Part shown: positions 36,301 to 43,318 of the stretch, piece by piece
How the letters are laid out: each line of letters opens with the position of its first letter
How positions within the stretch are numbered: position 1 is the first letter of the stretch
IMG/VR virus record: IMGVR_UViG_2554235473_000004
Location: 1 to 43,318 of that record
Origin: a virus
Strand: one strand, 5' to 3'
Length of the DNA: 43,318 bases
Made by a program: the position numbers and the translations under genes
The notes under the pieces: model-generated
Seen by the model: the letters and a program-made list of their open reading frames with translations, nothing else
Told to the model about the DNA's origin: nothing
Databases searched by the model: none

Positions 36301-37638
36301 TCACCAGGTTCCCGAACCGCCGGCGCCGTCGTCCTCCTCGATATACCGGTCGCCCATGATGGCGTACCGAAGTGCGTCAAGTGCGTGATCTGTCGCCCGG
36401 CTCGTCCCGACGTCCTCCTCTTTGTAGCTCTGGAACTCCTTGATCAGCTCCGTACAGTCCTCGAGGACGATGAGCCCTGGACGGCCATCGACGTCAGTGT
36501 CAAGAACGCTCCGCATCTCGTCGATACCCTCATCGAGGTCCTTCGTCGCGGCGTGGGCCTCGTAGCCAGCGGCCCGGAATTTCTGGATGTGCTCAGGTTC
36601 GTGGTCAGAGTAGAGCTCGCCCGCGGGTTTCTCTTCTCGCAGCATCCACCCCGAACCATCACTCGGATCGATGAGGTGCTCGACTGGCTGCTGACTCTCG
36701 TAGTACAGATCGAGAACGACGTACTGGTCCGCCGGCGTCTTGCCGATCTCAAGGAGAACGCGCGGGTCTTTGAACCCGTAGTCGTAGCCGTAGAGCCGCC
36801 AGCCGCTCCGAATCTCGACGTCGTCACGGTTGCGAACGTGCGTCGGCCGGGAGAACGTCGAGTAGACGAGGCCCTCCGCAGCGGCAAAGCCGCCGGCGAG
36901 GCCTTGATCTTCCTTCTCCGTTCCTTCGAACTGCCTGACGAGTTTCTCCTTCTCGGGGAGGAACGGGTTGTTCCGCGAGTCGGCAACGACGTTGATGAGC
37001 CGCGTCGGGAGGTCGTCGTCATCCGGCGTCACCTGACGCTCGACGAAGTCGTAGTACTGGTTGTACCCGTTTCCCGTCGACGTCCAGAGCGTGACGTTCG
37101 GTCCATCGCGGGTGCGCTGCCGGGAGAGCAGCATCCGGTTGAGGTCGAAGATGTCGGTGTGTTCGTAGTGAGCGACCTCGTCACACCAGATGGCGTTGAA
37201 TTCCCCACCGGCGTACCGATTCCAGACGTCGGCGCTTCCAAGGCGGACCACGGAGCCGTTGAACCACGTGATCCGGCGCTCGTTCCGATTGTACTCGGCG
37301 ACGAACGGCGAGTTCTCGGGATCACCGCCCTCGTCGGGAACAGTGTTCTCTCCAGGGAGTTCCTCGAAGAAGACCTTGTACGTCGTCGGGCCGCCCTTCT
37401 TCGAGTCCGGTGCGATGATCAGGTTGTCGGAGCCGGCGACCTCCGTCGCCTTCTCCATGATCCATCGCGAGCCGAGGATCGTCTTCCCCGAGCCGTATCC
37501 GCCCCGGAAGTTGACGACGTCGTACTCGCCCGACTCCAGCGCAGCGATGGCGTCGAGTTGGGCATCCCAGAACCCCCAGTCGAGGTCGAGGGTGCCGCCC
37601 GTCGTGTCGACCGCGATGCCCTCACTCGTTATCGACAT
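36301..37638 (-). CDS. terL: Terminase large subunit
   Basis: Walker A GGYGSGKT, Walker B IWCDE, nuclease motifs GYDYGFKDP and DHALDALRY; start MSITSEG. Confidence 0.96.
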   Translation of the reverse strand: MSITSEGIAVDTTGGTLDLDWGFWDAQLDAIAALESGEYDVVNFRGGYGSGKTILGSRWIMEKATEVAGSDNLIIAPDSKKGGPTTYKVFFEELPGENTVPDEGGDPENSPFVAEYNRNERRITWFNGSVVRLGSADVWNRYAGGEFNAIWCDEVAHYEHTDIFDLNRMLLSRQRTRDGPNVTLWTSTGNGYNQYYDFVERQVTPDDDDLPTRLINVVADSRNNPFLPEKEKLVRQFEGTEKEDQGLAGGFAAAEGLVYSTFSRPTHVRNRDDVEIRSGWRLYGYDYGFKDPRVLLEIGKTPADQYVVLDLYYESQQPVEHLIDPSDGSGWMLREEKPAGELYSDHEPEHIQKFRAAGYEAHAATKDLDEGIDEMRSVLDTDVDGRPGLIVLEDCTELIKEFQSYKEEDVGTSRATDHALDALRYAIMGDRYIEEDDGAGGSGTW

Positions 37639-38335
37639 CGGTGTCCTCCTCGGTGACGCGGTGGTGAGTGATCGACACGTCGAACCCGCCGCTGTGTTCG
37701 AGGTCGCCTTCGAGTTCGATCTTCTCGGAGTACACGCCAAGCGCGTCGCCCTTCGCTTGGAGGTGCTTCGACTGCTCCTGGCGGGCCATCGCCTGCTGTT
37801 TCAGATCGTCGACGTCGCGTTCGAGGCCAACCATCTCCGTCGTGTACGTTGGCGATCCGTCGATCGCGCGGACCGGGTAGCGTTCCCCGGGCCTCACCTG
37901 TGTCCGCTGGTCGTCGTCGAACCGGATCACGACGTCGCGCTCTTCGGCCCAGTCAGGGCGGCCGGGGTCGCCCGGTTCGACGAGCTCCCACGCCGGCCAC
38001 GACATCGGGTTCTCCCGGTCTGCGGGAACAGTATCGGTCTTCGGAACCGTGCGTCGGATGGGCTCGTCATCGGTCGCCTTCGCCTCACTCTCGCGAGCTC
38101 GCTTGTACATCCGCTCTTCCCGCTCGGCGATCTGGAGACGGACGTCGGCGTGTTCCGCCTCGATCTGCTCGATGACCGCCTCCTTCGGCTCCTCGTTGAG
38201 GTAGCCCCGGATCGTCGATCGTGCGTACGACCCGATCCCCTCCTCTTCGAAGCGGTCCCGGATCTGCTCGACGTCGAGGTTATCGAGATAGTGCCACTTC
38301 AGGGCGAGTGTGACACGTCGGTCGCGGGTGGACAT
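37622..38335 (-). CDS. terS: Terminase small subunit
   Basis: N-terminal HTH-like region, coiled coil, directly upstream of terL. Confidence 0.75.
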   Translation of the reverse strand: MSTRDRRVTLALKWHYLDNLDVEQIRDRFEEEGIGSYARSTIRGYLNEEPKEAVIEQIEAEHADVRLQIAEREERMYKRARESEAKATDDEPIRRTVPKTDTVPADRENPMSWPAWELVEPGDPGRPDWAEERDVVIRFDDDQRTQVRPGERYPVRAIDGSPTYTTEMVGLERDVDDLKQQAMARQEQSKHLQAKGDALGVYSEKIELEGDLEHSGGFDVSITHHRVTEEDTDVDNE

Positions 38336-38432
38336 GGGTGGGAAAGCGTTCTACAGCGTTCGGAGCGGATTTATACTTTAAGTAGGGGCGAGTGCTGGCG
38401 ACGTCGACGACGACATCGACGACGATTGTGTG

Positions 38433-38597
38433 TCACGGCGCCAGACAGATCAGGCAGTTAGGGTCGTCGCACGTCTCGCGGTGAGAGGTCTCCTCTTCGG
38501 CGACCGCTTCGATACACGACCAGCACTTGTCGCGATACCAGCAGCGGTTGTCCTTATTCTCGACTGGGTTGCCACATCATTCGCACTCGGCAGGCAC
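38433..38597 (-). pseudogene. Cys-rich Zn-finger gene with an in-frame TGA
   Basis: VPAECE*CGNPV...CWSC...HRETCDDPNCLICLAP*; TGA at 38577-38579. Confidence 0.6.
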
Positions 38598-38598
38598 C

Positions 38599-38769
38599 TC
38601 ACTCGTCGCCGTCGCCAGCGTCATCGCCCGTCGCAGCGTTGTACTTCCGTATCTCTGCGGGTTCGACGCCGACCTGCTTCCCGATCGCAGCGACGGCCAG
38701 CCGAGCGAGGTCGCTCGTCGGGATCGCGCCGAGGGCGACTCCCAAGAGCAGGAGTTCGAGGTCAGTCAT
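38599..38769 (-). CDS. 56-aa membrane peptide (MTDLELLLLGVALGAIPTSDLARLAVAAIGKQVG...)
   Basis: Read manually; overlaps the upstream stop; hydrophobic N-terminus. Confidence 0.7.
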   Translation of the reverse strand: MTDLELLLLGVALGAIPTSDLARLAVAAIGKQVGVEPAEIRKYNAATGDDAGDGDE

Positions 38770-39082
38770 CACGTTGGTCGTCGCGGCCGTCTTCTGGGGA
38801 GAGGTCGATGCTGATCGGGAGGGAGTCGGCAGCGGCCTCCATCAGTTCGCGTTCGATTCCCCAGAGCCGCCCGACTAGCAGGAACACGAGTGCTGTGAAG
38901 ATGCCATAGTACGGCGGCGCCACCGCTTCGATGCCCTCGAGCGTGAGCGAAAGCGTGATCGCGAGCCACACGAGGACGAGGGCACCAGCGATGATGCTGG
39001 CGAGTGGGCGATGTCCGTTAGGCATGATGGACTTCGCGAGGCACTGTGCCTCGTGTTGGGGATCGGCGAGCGGTGGCGTCAT
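38762..39082 (-). CDS. 2-TM membrane protein (holin-like by size and topology only)
   Basis: Two hydrophobic helices and an acidic tail; upstream of the terminase genes. Confidence 0.65.
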   Translation of the reverse strand: MTPPLADPQHEAQCLAKSIMPNGHRPLASIIAGALVLVWLAITLSLTLEGIEAVAPPYYGIFTALVFLLVGRLWGIERELMEAAADSLPISIDLSPEDGRDDQRDD

Positions 39083-39198
39083 GAGACATCCATGAGAGAC
39101 TGGCAGTCACAGGGCTTCGCAGAGTTGTACGAACACCTGTACTCAGAGCACCGGTTCGGTCGGTACGTTGACGGTCGAAGTAGATATGAGCCGTTCAT
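39079..39198 (-). CDS. Possible 39-aa Cys-containing peptide
   Basis: MNGSYLLRPSTYRPNRCSEYRCSYNSAKPCDCQSLMDVS; ATGA overlap with the next gene. Confidence 0.35.
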   Translation of the reverse strand: MNGSYLLRPSTYRPNRCSEYRCSYNSAKPCDCQSLMDVS

Positions 39199-39374
39199 GA
39201 TCAGCGGTACTTGCGAAGATTAAGCGGGTCGTCCATCGTGTGCCGCGGTGGGATCTGGCTGTAGTCGTAGCATACGAGTGGTCGAGGAGGGTGCCGGCCT
39301 CAAGCAGAGATACGGACGTTGTTTAATTCTTCTTGAGATAAATTTAAATCGGCAGTAAATATGACATATAGTAC

Positions 39375-39857
39375 ATGTCAGACTGGAACTGGATAACTGA
39401 CGAGGGTTCAGTAGGCGAACTTCCAGTTCGTGTCCTCCCCGATCAAACTGCTGAATTCTTGGATTTTGTTGAGGGGGTTATGATTAATTACGAGAACACC
39501 ACCAGCCAGTCACTAGGTGCGGGTGACAGGTGTATCCTGACAGCCAAAATCGTAGATGTTGATATCAACCAGCAGCCTGTATGGATTACTGTAGAGCCAC
39601 TAAATGTAGAGTTTCTTCGACGGTCTGAGCCCAGCGATTCTGAGATCGACGATATGATGGTCTACTTAGACGGGGCACGAAAGCGCCGCGAACGGGAGCG
39701 CAGAGAAAAACAATGCGAAAATTGCGAGACAATTGACTCTTCTACTCGCCTCTCTGTTGAGACTAAGATTGGTAACCGAGAGCTACACCACTGTGCCAAC
39801 TGCGAGCGGTTGCTCTCTGTAGATGAATACGAGCGGTGGATGAGCGCAAACCGATAG
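39375..39857 (+). CDS. Hypothetical protein with C-terminal Zn ribbon
   Basis: CENC...CANC; AT-rich; own AT-rich promoter region at 39320-39370. Confidence 0.8.
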   Translation: MSDWNWITDEGSVGELPVRVLPDQTAEFLDFVEGVMINYENTTSQSLGAGDRCILTAKIVDVDINQQPVWITVEPLNVEFLRRSEPSDSEIDDMMVYLDGARKRRERERREKQCENCETIDSSTRLSVETKIGNRELHHCANCERLLSVDEYERWMSANR

Positions 39858-39907
39858 CGTTTGAGAACCAGTTCTCACAACTTATTCTGAGTTGGGTGTT
39901 TGTAATA

Positions 39908-40858
39908 TTATTCAGAGGTAGCTACTTGATCCAGACTCTGTAGAGACTGAACCGCCTGCTGCCGAACATCTGGCGCCGTATCCTCAGCTAAATGCTGAAG
40001 TACTTGACTAGATGCCTCACAGTCGAGATTCCCCAACGCGAGAGCAGATGCCTGTCTAACATCAGGGTCTTCATCTTTGGCTGCAGGGGAGATGGCCTTC
40101 ACATACGCGGTCTGTGAGTCACCAGCTGTACGACCGATGTTTCCGAGGGCAATCACTACGCCTGTCTGGACTATTGAGTCTGAATAATCAACAAACGAGG
40201 CTAGCTGTTTTGAGAATGGCTGGAACGCCGGCGAATAGTCACGAGAATACCACTTGATTGTACTTGCGGCAAGCTGACGCTCCAGCTTATTCTCATTGTG
40301 TAGTGATTGGATCAGCGTCTCAGCAATTGACGATGCGTCTCTATTGCTTTGTTTGAGGACTTTTCCAGGCGTTCCTTCTGAGACGTGATTGATCAGTTCA
40401 AGAGCGCCACATCTAATCTCTGGTTGATATGAGTCGACGTACTGAAGCGTATCAGCGGCCCCCTCTGGAGTTGGAGATGTTTTCAATGACCGTATCTGCC
40501 TGAGACATCTATAGTCGAGAATTCCCAGTATAAGTCCCCAAATCGAAGCGACTGTACCAATCAAGAATGTAACAATACCAACTAAACCAACAAGTTCGAC
40601 ATCACTCGAATTAAGCATTAAACAGAACATGCCCGTTATAAAAAACAAAGAGTGTGGACTTCCTAGTGCGGAACTGAGCTTGGAAACGTTGACCTCTCTT
40701 TGATTGCTGCCTGACTTGTACATGACAAGTCCAGGAACATAGAACACGGACGGTGATTGATATATGTCATCAATAGCTGCAAACCATTGACGCCTGAAGT
40801 GATTTACAACACGACGGTGGATGTTCACTCTTGAACCACCAGCATACTCAATCAGCAT
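39908..40858 (-). CDS. Membrane-anchored HEAT-repeat protein
   Basis: Two TM segments followed by HEAT-like repeats (DEDPDVRQASALALG; DTAPDVRQQAVQSL); AT-rich. Confidence 0.8.
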   Translation of the reverse strand: MLIEYAGGSRVNIHRRVVNHFRRQWFAAIDDIYQSPSVFYVPGLVMYKSGSNQREVNVSKLSSALGSPHSLFFITGMFCLMLNSSDVELVGLVGIVTFLIGTVASIWGLILGILDYRCLRQIRSLKTSPTPEGAADTLQYVDSYQPEIRCGALELINHVSEGTPGKVLKQSNRDASSIAETLIQSLHNENKLERQLAASTIKWYSRDYSPAFQPFSKQLASFVDYSDSIVQTGVVIALGNIGRTAGDSQTAYVKAISPAAKDEDPDVRQASALALGNLDCEASSQVLQHLAEDTAPDVRQQAVQSLQSLDQVATSE

Positions 40859-40990
40859 TTGACAGACACAATAATTGTGTCGTTTATTTTTACTTAAATT
40901 ACTGTCAGGCAGGGACCACAGGAATAGGAAGCATTGGGAAGGAACGCCTGCTGTTGGTCAGTAAAATAAGCGGCATTATCGCCTATCTGG

Positions 40991-41007
40991 AGTGGAAACG
41001 GAGGGGT
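40991..41007 (+). promoter_or_regulatory. ORB-like element with G-string
   Basis: AGTGGAAACGGAGGGGT matches the 3' part of the archaeal ORB consensus. Confidence 0.4.
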
Positions 41008-41026
41008 ATGTCAGTGTATCTCGTAG

Positions 41027-41126
41027 GGCGACGCCGGGGATCGAACCCAGCACGGGATGGGTCCGTCTCAGGCTTTGGTTTCGCCTGAGCCCATAGGACC
41101 GTCCGTGACCACACCAGTGGCGTCGC
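41027..41126 (-). tRNA. Degenerate tRNA-like element with an intron-like insertion (anticodon CCT/Arg if spliced)
   Basis: 7-bp acceptor GCGACGC/GCGTCGC, GGG-TTCGATC-CCC T-arm, CGTGC variable loop, extended anticodon arm with a CTCAGGC/GCCTGAG hairpin; poor D-arm. Confidence 0.55.
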
Positions 41127-41129
41127 AAG

Positions 41130-41299
41130 GCGACCGGACTTGGCAGTTTAGACCGAGCAAGATACGATCGACGCGAAGCTCCTCACGCTCACGCACAGCA
41201 TGTCGTGGTAGTACTGCCGGTCGCTCGTGTGGCTCAGCACTCCCTCGGGCGCTGACCTGGCCTTCACAGTGAAAACTGTGAACGCCACGCCGTCGGGAG
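41130..41299 (-). ncRNA. Candidate structured ncRNA between the two tRNA-shaped elements
   Basis: Long hairpin at 41240-41299; second domain closed by GCGACCGG/CCGGTCGC plus CAGT/ACTG. Confidence 0.5.
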
Positions 41300-41300
41300 A

Positions 41301-41372
41301 TGGATCGACTCGGAATCGAACCGAGGCACGCGACGTCTTCAGCGTCGTGCTCTCCCACTGAGCTATCGATCC
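41301..41372 (-). tRNA. tRNA-Phe(GAA), 72 nt, CCA not encoded
   Basis: GGATCGA/TCGATCC acceptor, GCTC/GAGC D-stem, CGACG-CTGAAGA-CGTCG anticodon arm, CTCGG-TTCGATT-CCGAG T-arm. Confidence 0.95.
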
Positions 41373-41701
41373 CGTCGCTTCTCGCGGCGAATCGCCTCGC
41401 GAACGTTCCGCAGTTGGCCTTCGGTCCAGCCGTTCGCGAGCGCGGTCTCTCGGTCGATGCCCTGCGGGTAGCCCGTCACGACCTCTCGGCTCTGCGGGTC
41501 GAGCACGAGGCGGTAGTGGATGCCGTCGACCCACTGCTCGGTCGCGACGTAGCCGTTGCCGAGTTGGTGGCGAACACCCTCCTCGATACACGCCCGGATG
41601 GCCTCGCCGTTGAGGTGGCGGCCGGGTTTCCGGACGCGGTCGCCGAGGTGTGGCGTCGGGCTCCACGCGCTCGGCTCGCGCGGCAGTTCCTGTGCGCTCA
41701 T
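41363..41701 (-). CDS. Small protein with DUF4258/RelE-like (BECR) RNase pattern
   Basis: PTPHLGDRVR...AIRACIEEG...YRLVLDPQSREVVTGYP; stop codon lies inside tRNA-Phe. Confidence 0.65.
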   Translation of the reverse strand: MSAQELPREPSAWSPTPHLGDRVRKPGRHLNGEAIRACIEEGVRHQLGNGYVATEQWVDGIHYRLVLDPQSREVVTGYPQGIDRETALANGWTEGQLRNVREAIRREKRRDR

Positions 41702-42201
41702 GCCGGCACCTCTCGGCGGGCGTCCTCGTCCGGATCGGCGGTGTCGTCGCGGGTAACGGCTCTCCGGATGGCCGCCTCGATCGCGTCGCCGAGGCAGTCG
41801 TCGACGTGCTCGTCGTTCTCCCGGGCCTGGAGCGCACGGGCAGCGAGTGTCTGTCGGTCGATAGTGACGTCCTTCGCCTCGAGCGTCCGGATCGTGTTCT
41901 GGATGAGCTCGCGAACGCGCTCGTCATCAAGGCGGTCGTCGCCGGCGTCGTCCCAGTACCGGTGGTCCGGCCCCTCCGTCCCGCAGTGGTCACAGAACAC
42001 ACCTTTGGCCTCGCTCGCCGAATCGGCAGGACCGTAGCCAATCTCGGTCGTCTCCTGGTTGCGCTCGTAGTGGCTCTCGAACTCGCGGGTGAGCCCGCTG
42101 CGAGCCGGGTCGACACGCTCGACCCGGATGACACGGAGGCAGTTGATACAGACGTCCGGCGCCTGAAGCAGGTGCTCGAAGTATGCTGGACTCTCTGTCA
42201 T
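41698..42201 (-). CDS. Zn-binding hypothetical protein (167 aa)
   Basis: CINC...CDHC; ATGA-coupled to the next gene. Confidence 0.8.
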   Translation of the reverse strand: MTESPAYFEHLLQAPDVCINCLRVIRVERVDPARSGLTREFESHYERNQETTEIGYGPADSASEAKGVFCDHCGTEGPDHRYWDDAGDDRLDDERVRELIQNTIRTLEAKDVTIDRQTLAARALQARENDEHVDDCLGDAIEAAIRRAVTRDDTADPDEDARREVPA

Positions 42202-42349
42202 AGGTACAGTCTCCCCCGCATGCCGTCTTTCCGGCCCTGTCGTCTCAGCCCGTGCCTTCTTGGCCGCGGGCCACCGGTCGCCCGGCTGTCGTCACCCGTG
42301 TGTTGCTTGGCCGAGGGCTTAAGTGGTCCATCGACCGCCATTTTGTCGG

Positions 42350-42607
42350 TCACCCGTTGACCCGCCACTCGGACTGCGGCGGCTCGGTGTGTCGCGGGGA
42401 GCAGGAGACGAGATCTTCGTCATAAAGCTGGCGCAGCGCCCGCAGGACGGACCGCTCGGGGCGCGCTGTCCGGTGGGTGAGCTGTCGGAGGGTCCGCGGA
42501 CCGCCGGCGTTGTACAGCTCGAGGTAGACGAGTGACGCCGTCGGCGGGAGGTCGGCGAGTTGCTCGCGGGTGTGTCGGTCGAGGTCACCGAGAGCAGCGT
42601 CAGTCAC
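42350..42607 (-). CDS. Winged-helix (TrmB-like) regulator
   Basis: LPPTASLVYLEL...TLRQL...RSVLRALRQLYDEDLV. Confidence 0.8.
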   Translation of the reverse strand: MTDAALGDLDRHTREQLADLPPTASLVYLELYNAGGPRTLRQLTHRTARPERSVLRALRQLYDEDLVSCSPRHTEPPQSEWRVNG

Positions 42608-42869
42608 AGGGGTTCACCTCTTCAGATTGGTCAGTATCAGTGTTTACTGAGCACCGAGCACCCAATCCCCAGCAGGCGGTGCCACTATACGTGCCAATTG
42701 TCGATTTATTGAGAATCTTGGTGAAAGCGCTGTTACTTTCCACCAGAGTTTGGAGGGCCAACGGGGAGGCGTGTGCCTCTGACATGAAGCGCGTGGAGAA
42801 TAACCTCTCCTGTGGAAACTCCCCTTTGTGGACTGGTTGTTCGATGCCGTTTGTAGATTGATCGCTCAT
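42600..42869 (-). CDS. Hypothetical protein (89 aa)
   Basis: Start MSDQSTNG at an ATGA overlap; atypical composition. Confidence 0.45.
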   Translation of the reverse strand: MSDQSTNGIEQPVHKGEFPQERLFSTRFMSEAHASPLALQTLVESNSAFTKILNKSTIGTYSGTACWGLGARCSVNTDTDQSEEVNPCD

Positions 42870-43318
42870 CGGCTCGCCCCCACAGCTGCCCCGGACTGTC
42901 GGCTCCACGAGACCTCCTCTCCGCCCTCGTCGACGAGCACCGCCACGCTCTCGGCGTCGCGCTCGGCAGCCACCGCCCGGCGGTCGGCCGGCGTCATCTC
43001 GGTCTGCGCCAGCCCCTCGCCGTGTTCCTCCAGTTCGGCCTTCCGCTCACGGATCGCGCGTTCGACGCGCTCCCTGGGTTCGCGACTCTCCTTGTTCGCA
43101 AGGGCTCGTTCGACGGCGAGCCAGAAGCCACACAACTCGATCGTCTCCAGGCCGCGAATCCGCGCGAGCATCAGTTCGCCGCTGGTACCCTCGCCGTCGT
43201 CGACGGAGAGCTCCTCGACGAGGAACCGCGCTGGGTTCTCGCCGTACTCGAGGGCGGGCTCAGGGAACGGGTTCGGCGTCGCCGACGCCTGCTCGTTGTG
43301 TTGGTTCGTGGCCGGCAT
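42866..43318 (-). CDS. Hypothetical haloviral protein (150 aa)
   Basis: Complete acidic ORF at the window edge. Confidence 0.8.
   Translation of the reverse strand: MPATNQHNEQASATPNPFPEPALEYGENPARFLVEELSVDDGEGTSGELMLARIRGLETIELCGFWLAVERALANKESREPRERVERAIRERKAELEEHGEGLAQTEMTPADRRAVAAERDAESVAVLVDEGGEEVSWSRQSGAAVGASR

Larger units (their letters stand above)
1..43318. mobile_element. Haloarchaeal tailed provirus (Caudoviricetes, siphovirus-like), partial
   Basis: Integrase at the left edge; contiguous terminase-portal-protease-MCP-neck-tail-tape measure operon on the minus strand; no sheath gene; acidic proteins and haloarchaeal-type regulators. Confidence 0.96.

Noticed and set aside
25549-38461. 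Long plus-strand ORFs opposite the structural genes (e.g. 25549-26646, 35138-36388, 36385-37656, 37190-38461)
   Set aside because: Shadow ORFs caused by high GC and codon bias of the real minus-strand genes; no motifs.
38577-38579. Selenocysteine codon
   Set aside because: The TGA is not at a Cys position of the CxxC motif, and haloarchaea are not known to use Sec.
41085-41105. Amber-suppressor (CTA) reading of the tRNA-like element
   Set aside because: That register puts C at position 33 and T at 37; the CCT register fits U33/purine-37 better, and neither is proven.
41301-41372. tRNA-Phe as the provirus attachment site
   Set aside because: Viral genes continue on both sides, and no duplicated 3' fragment is visible in the window.
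41068-42134. ORFs 41068-41358 and 41148-42134 crossing the tRNA region
   Set aside because: They overlap a canonical tRNA and better genes in other frames, and have Arg/Pro-rich non-halophilic composition.

Overview
This window is most of an integrated haloarchaeal (Halobacteria-type, GC-rich, acidic proteome) tailed provirus with a non-contractile, siphovirus-like tail. Both att sites and the right-hand early/replication region lie outside the window. From left to right: tyrosine integrase (1-1218); a leftward early operon headed by a PadR regulator; a divergent repressor switch (~4230-4744); accessory block 1 (DUF6978-like/DUF1828-like pair, Orc1/Cdc6, DUF4352-like lipoprotein); a second leftward operon with its own divergent regulator and four TTAG-N8-CTAA-type operators (8565-11633); accessory block 2 (YbaK-like deacylase, J-domain remnant, PD-(D/E)XK nuclease, YdjM-like hydrolase, 6-TM voltage-gated K+ channel); the complete minus-strand tail, head and terminase module (16002-38335), including a -1 frameshifted tail chaperone and a membrane moron before the tape measure gene; small membrane and Zn-finger genes; accessory block 3 (39375-40858); and an RNA cassette. 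In that cassette a putative RNase-fold ORF ends inside a tRNA-Phe(GAA), followed by a ~170-nt highly structured spacer and a second, intron-bearing tRNA-like element. The most unusual signals are this RNA cassette, a 23-nt hairpin duplicated in the leaders of both leftward operons, a cell-surface-type domain embedded in the prohead protease/scaffold, and the K+ channel/nuclease cargo. All family assignments come from motif recognition by eye; no database searches or folding programs were run.
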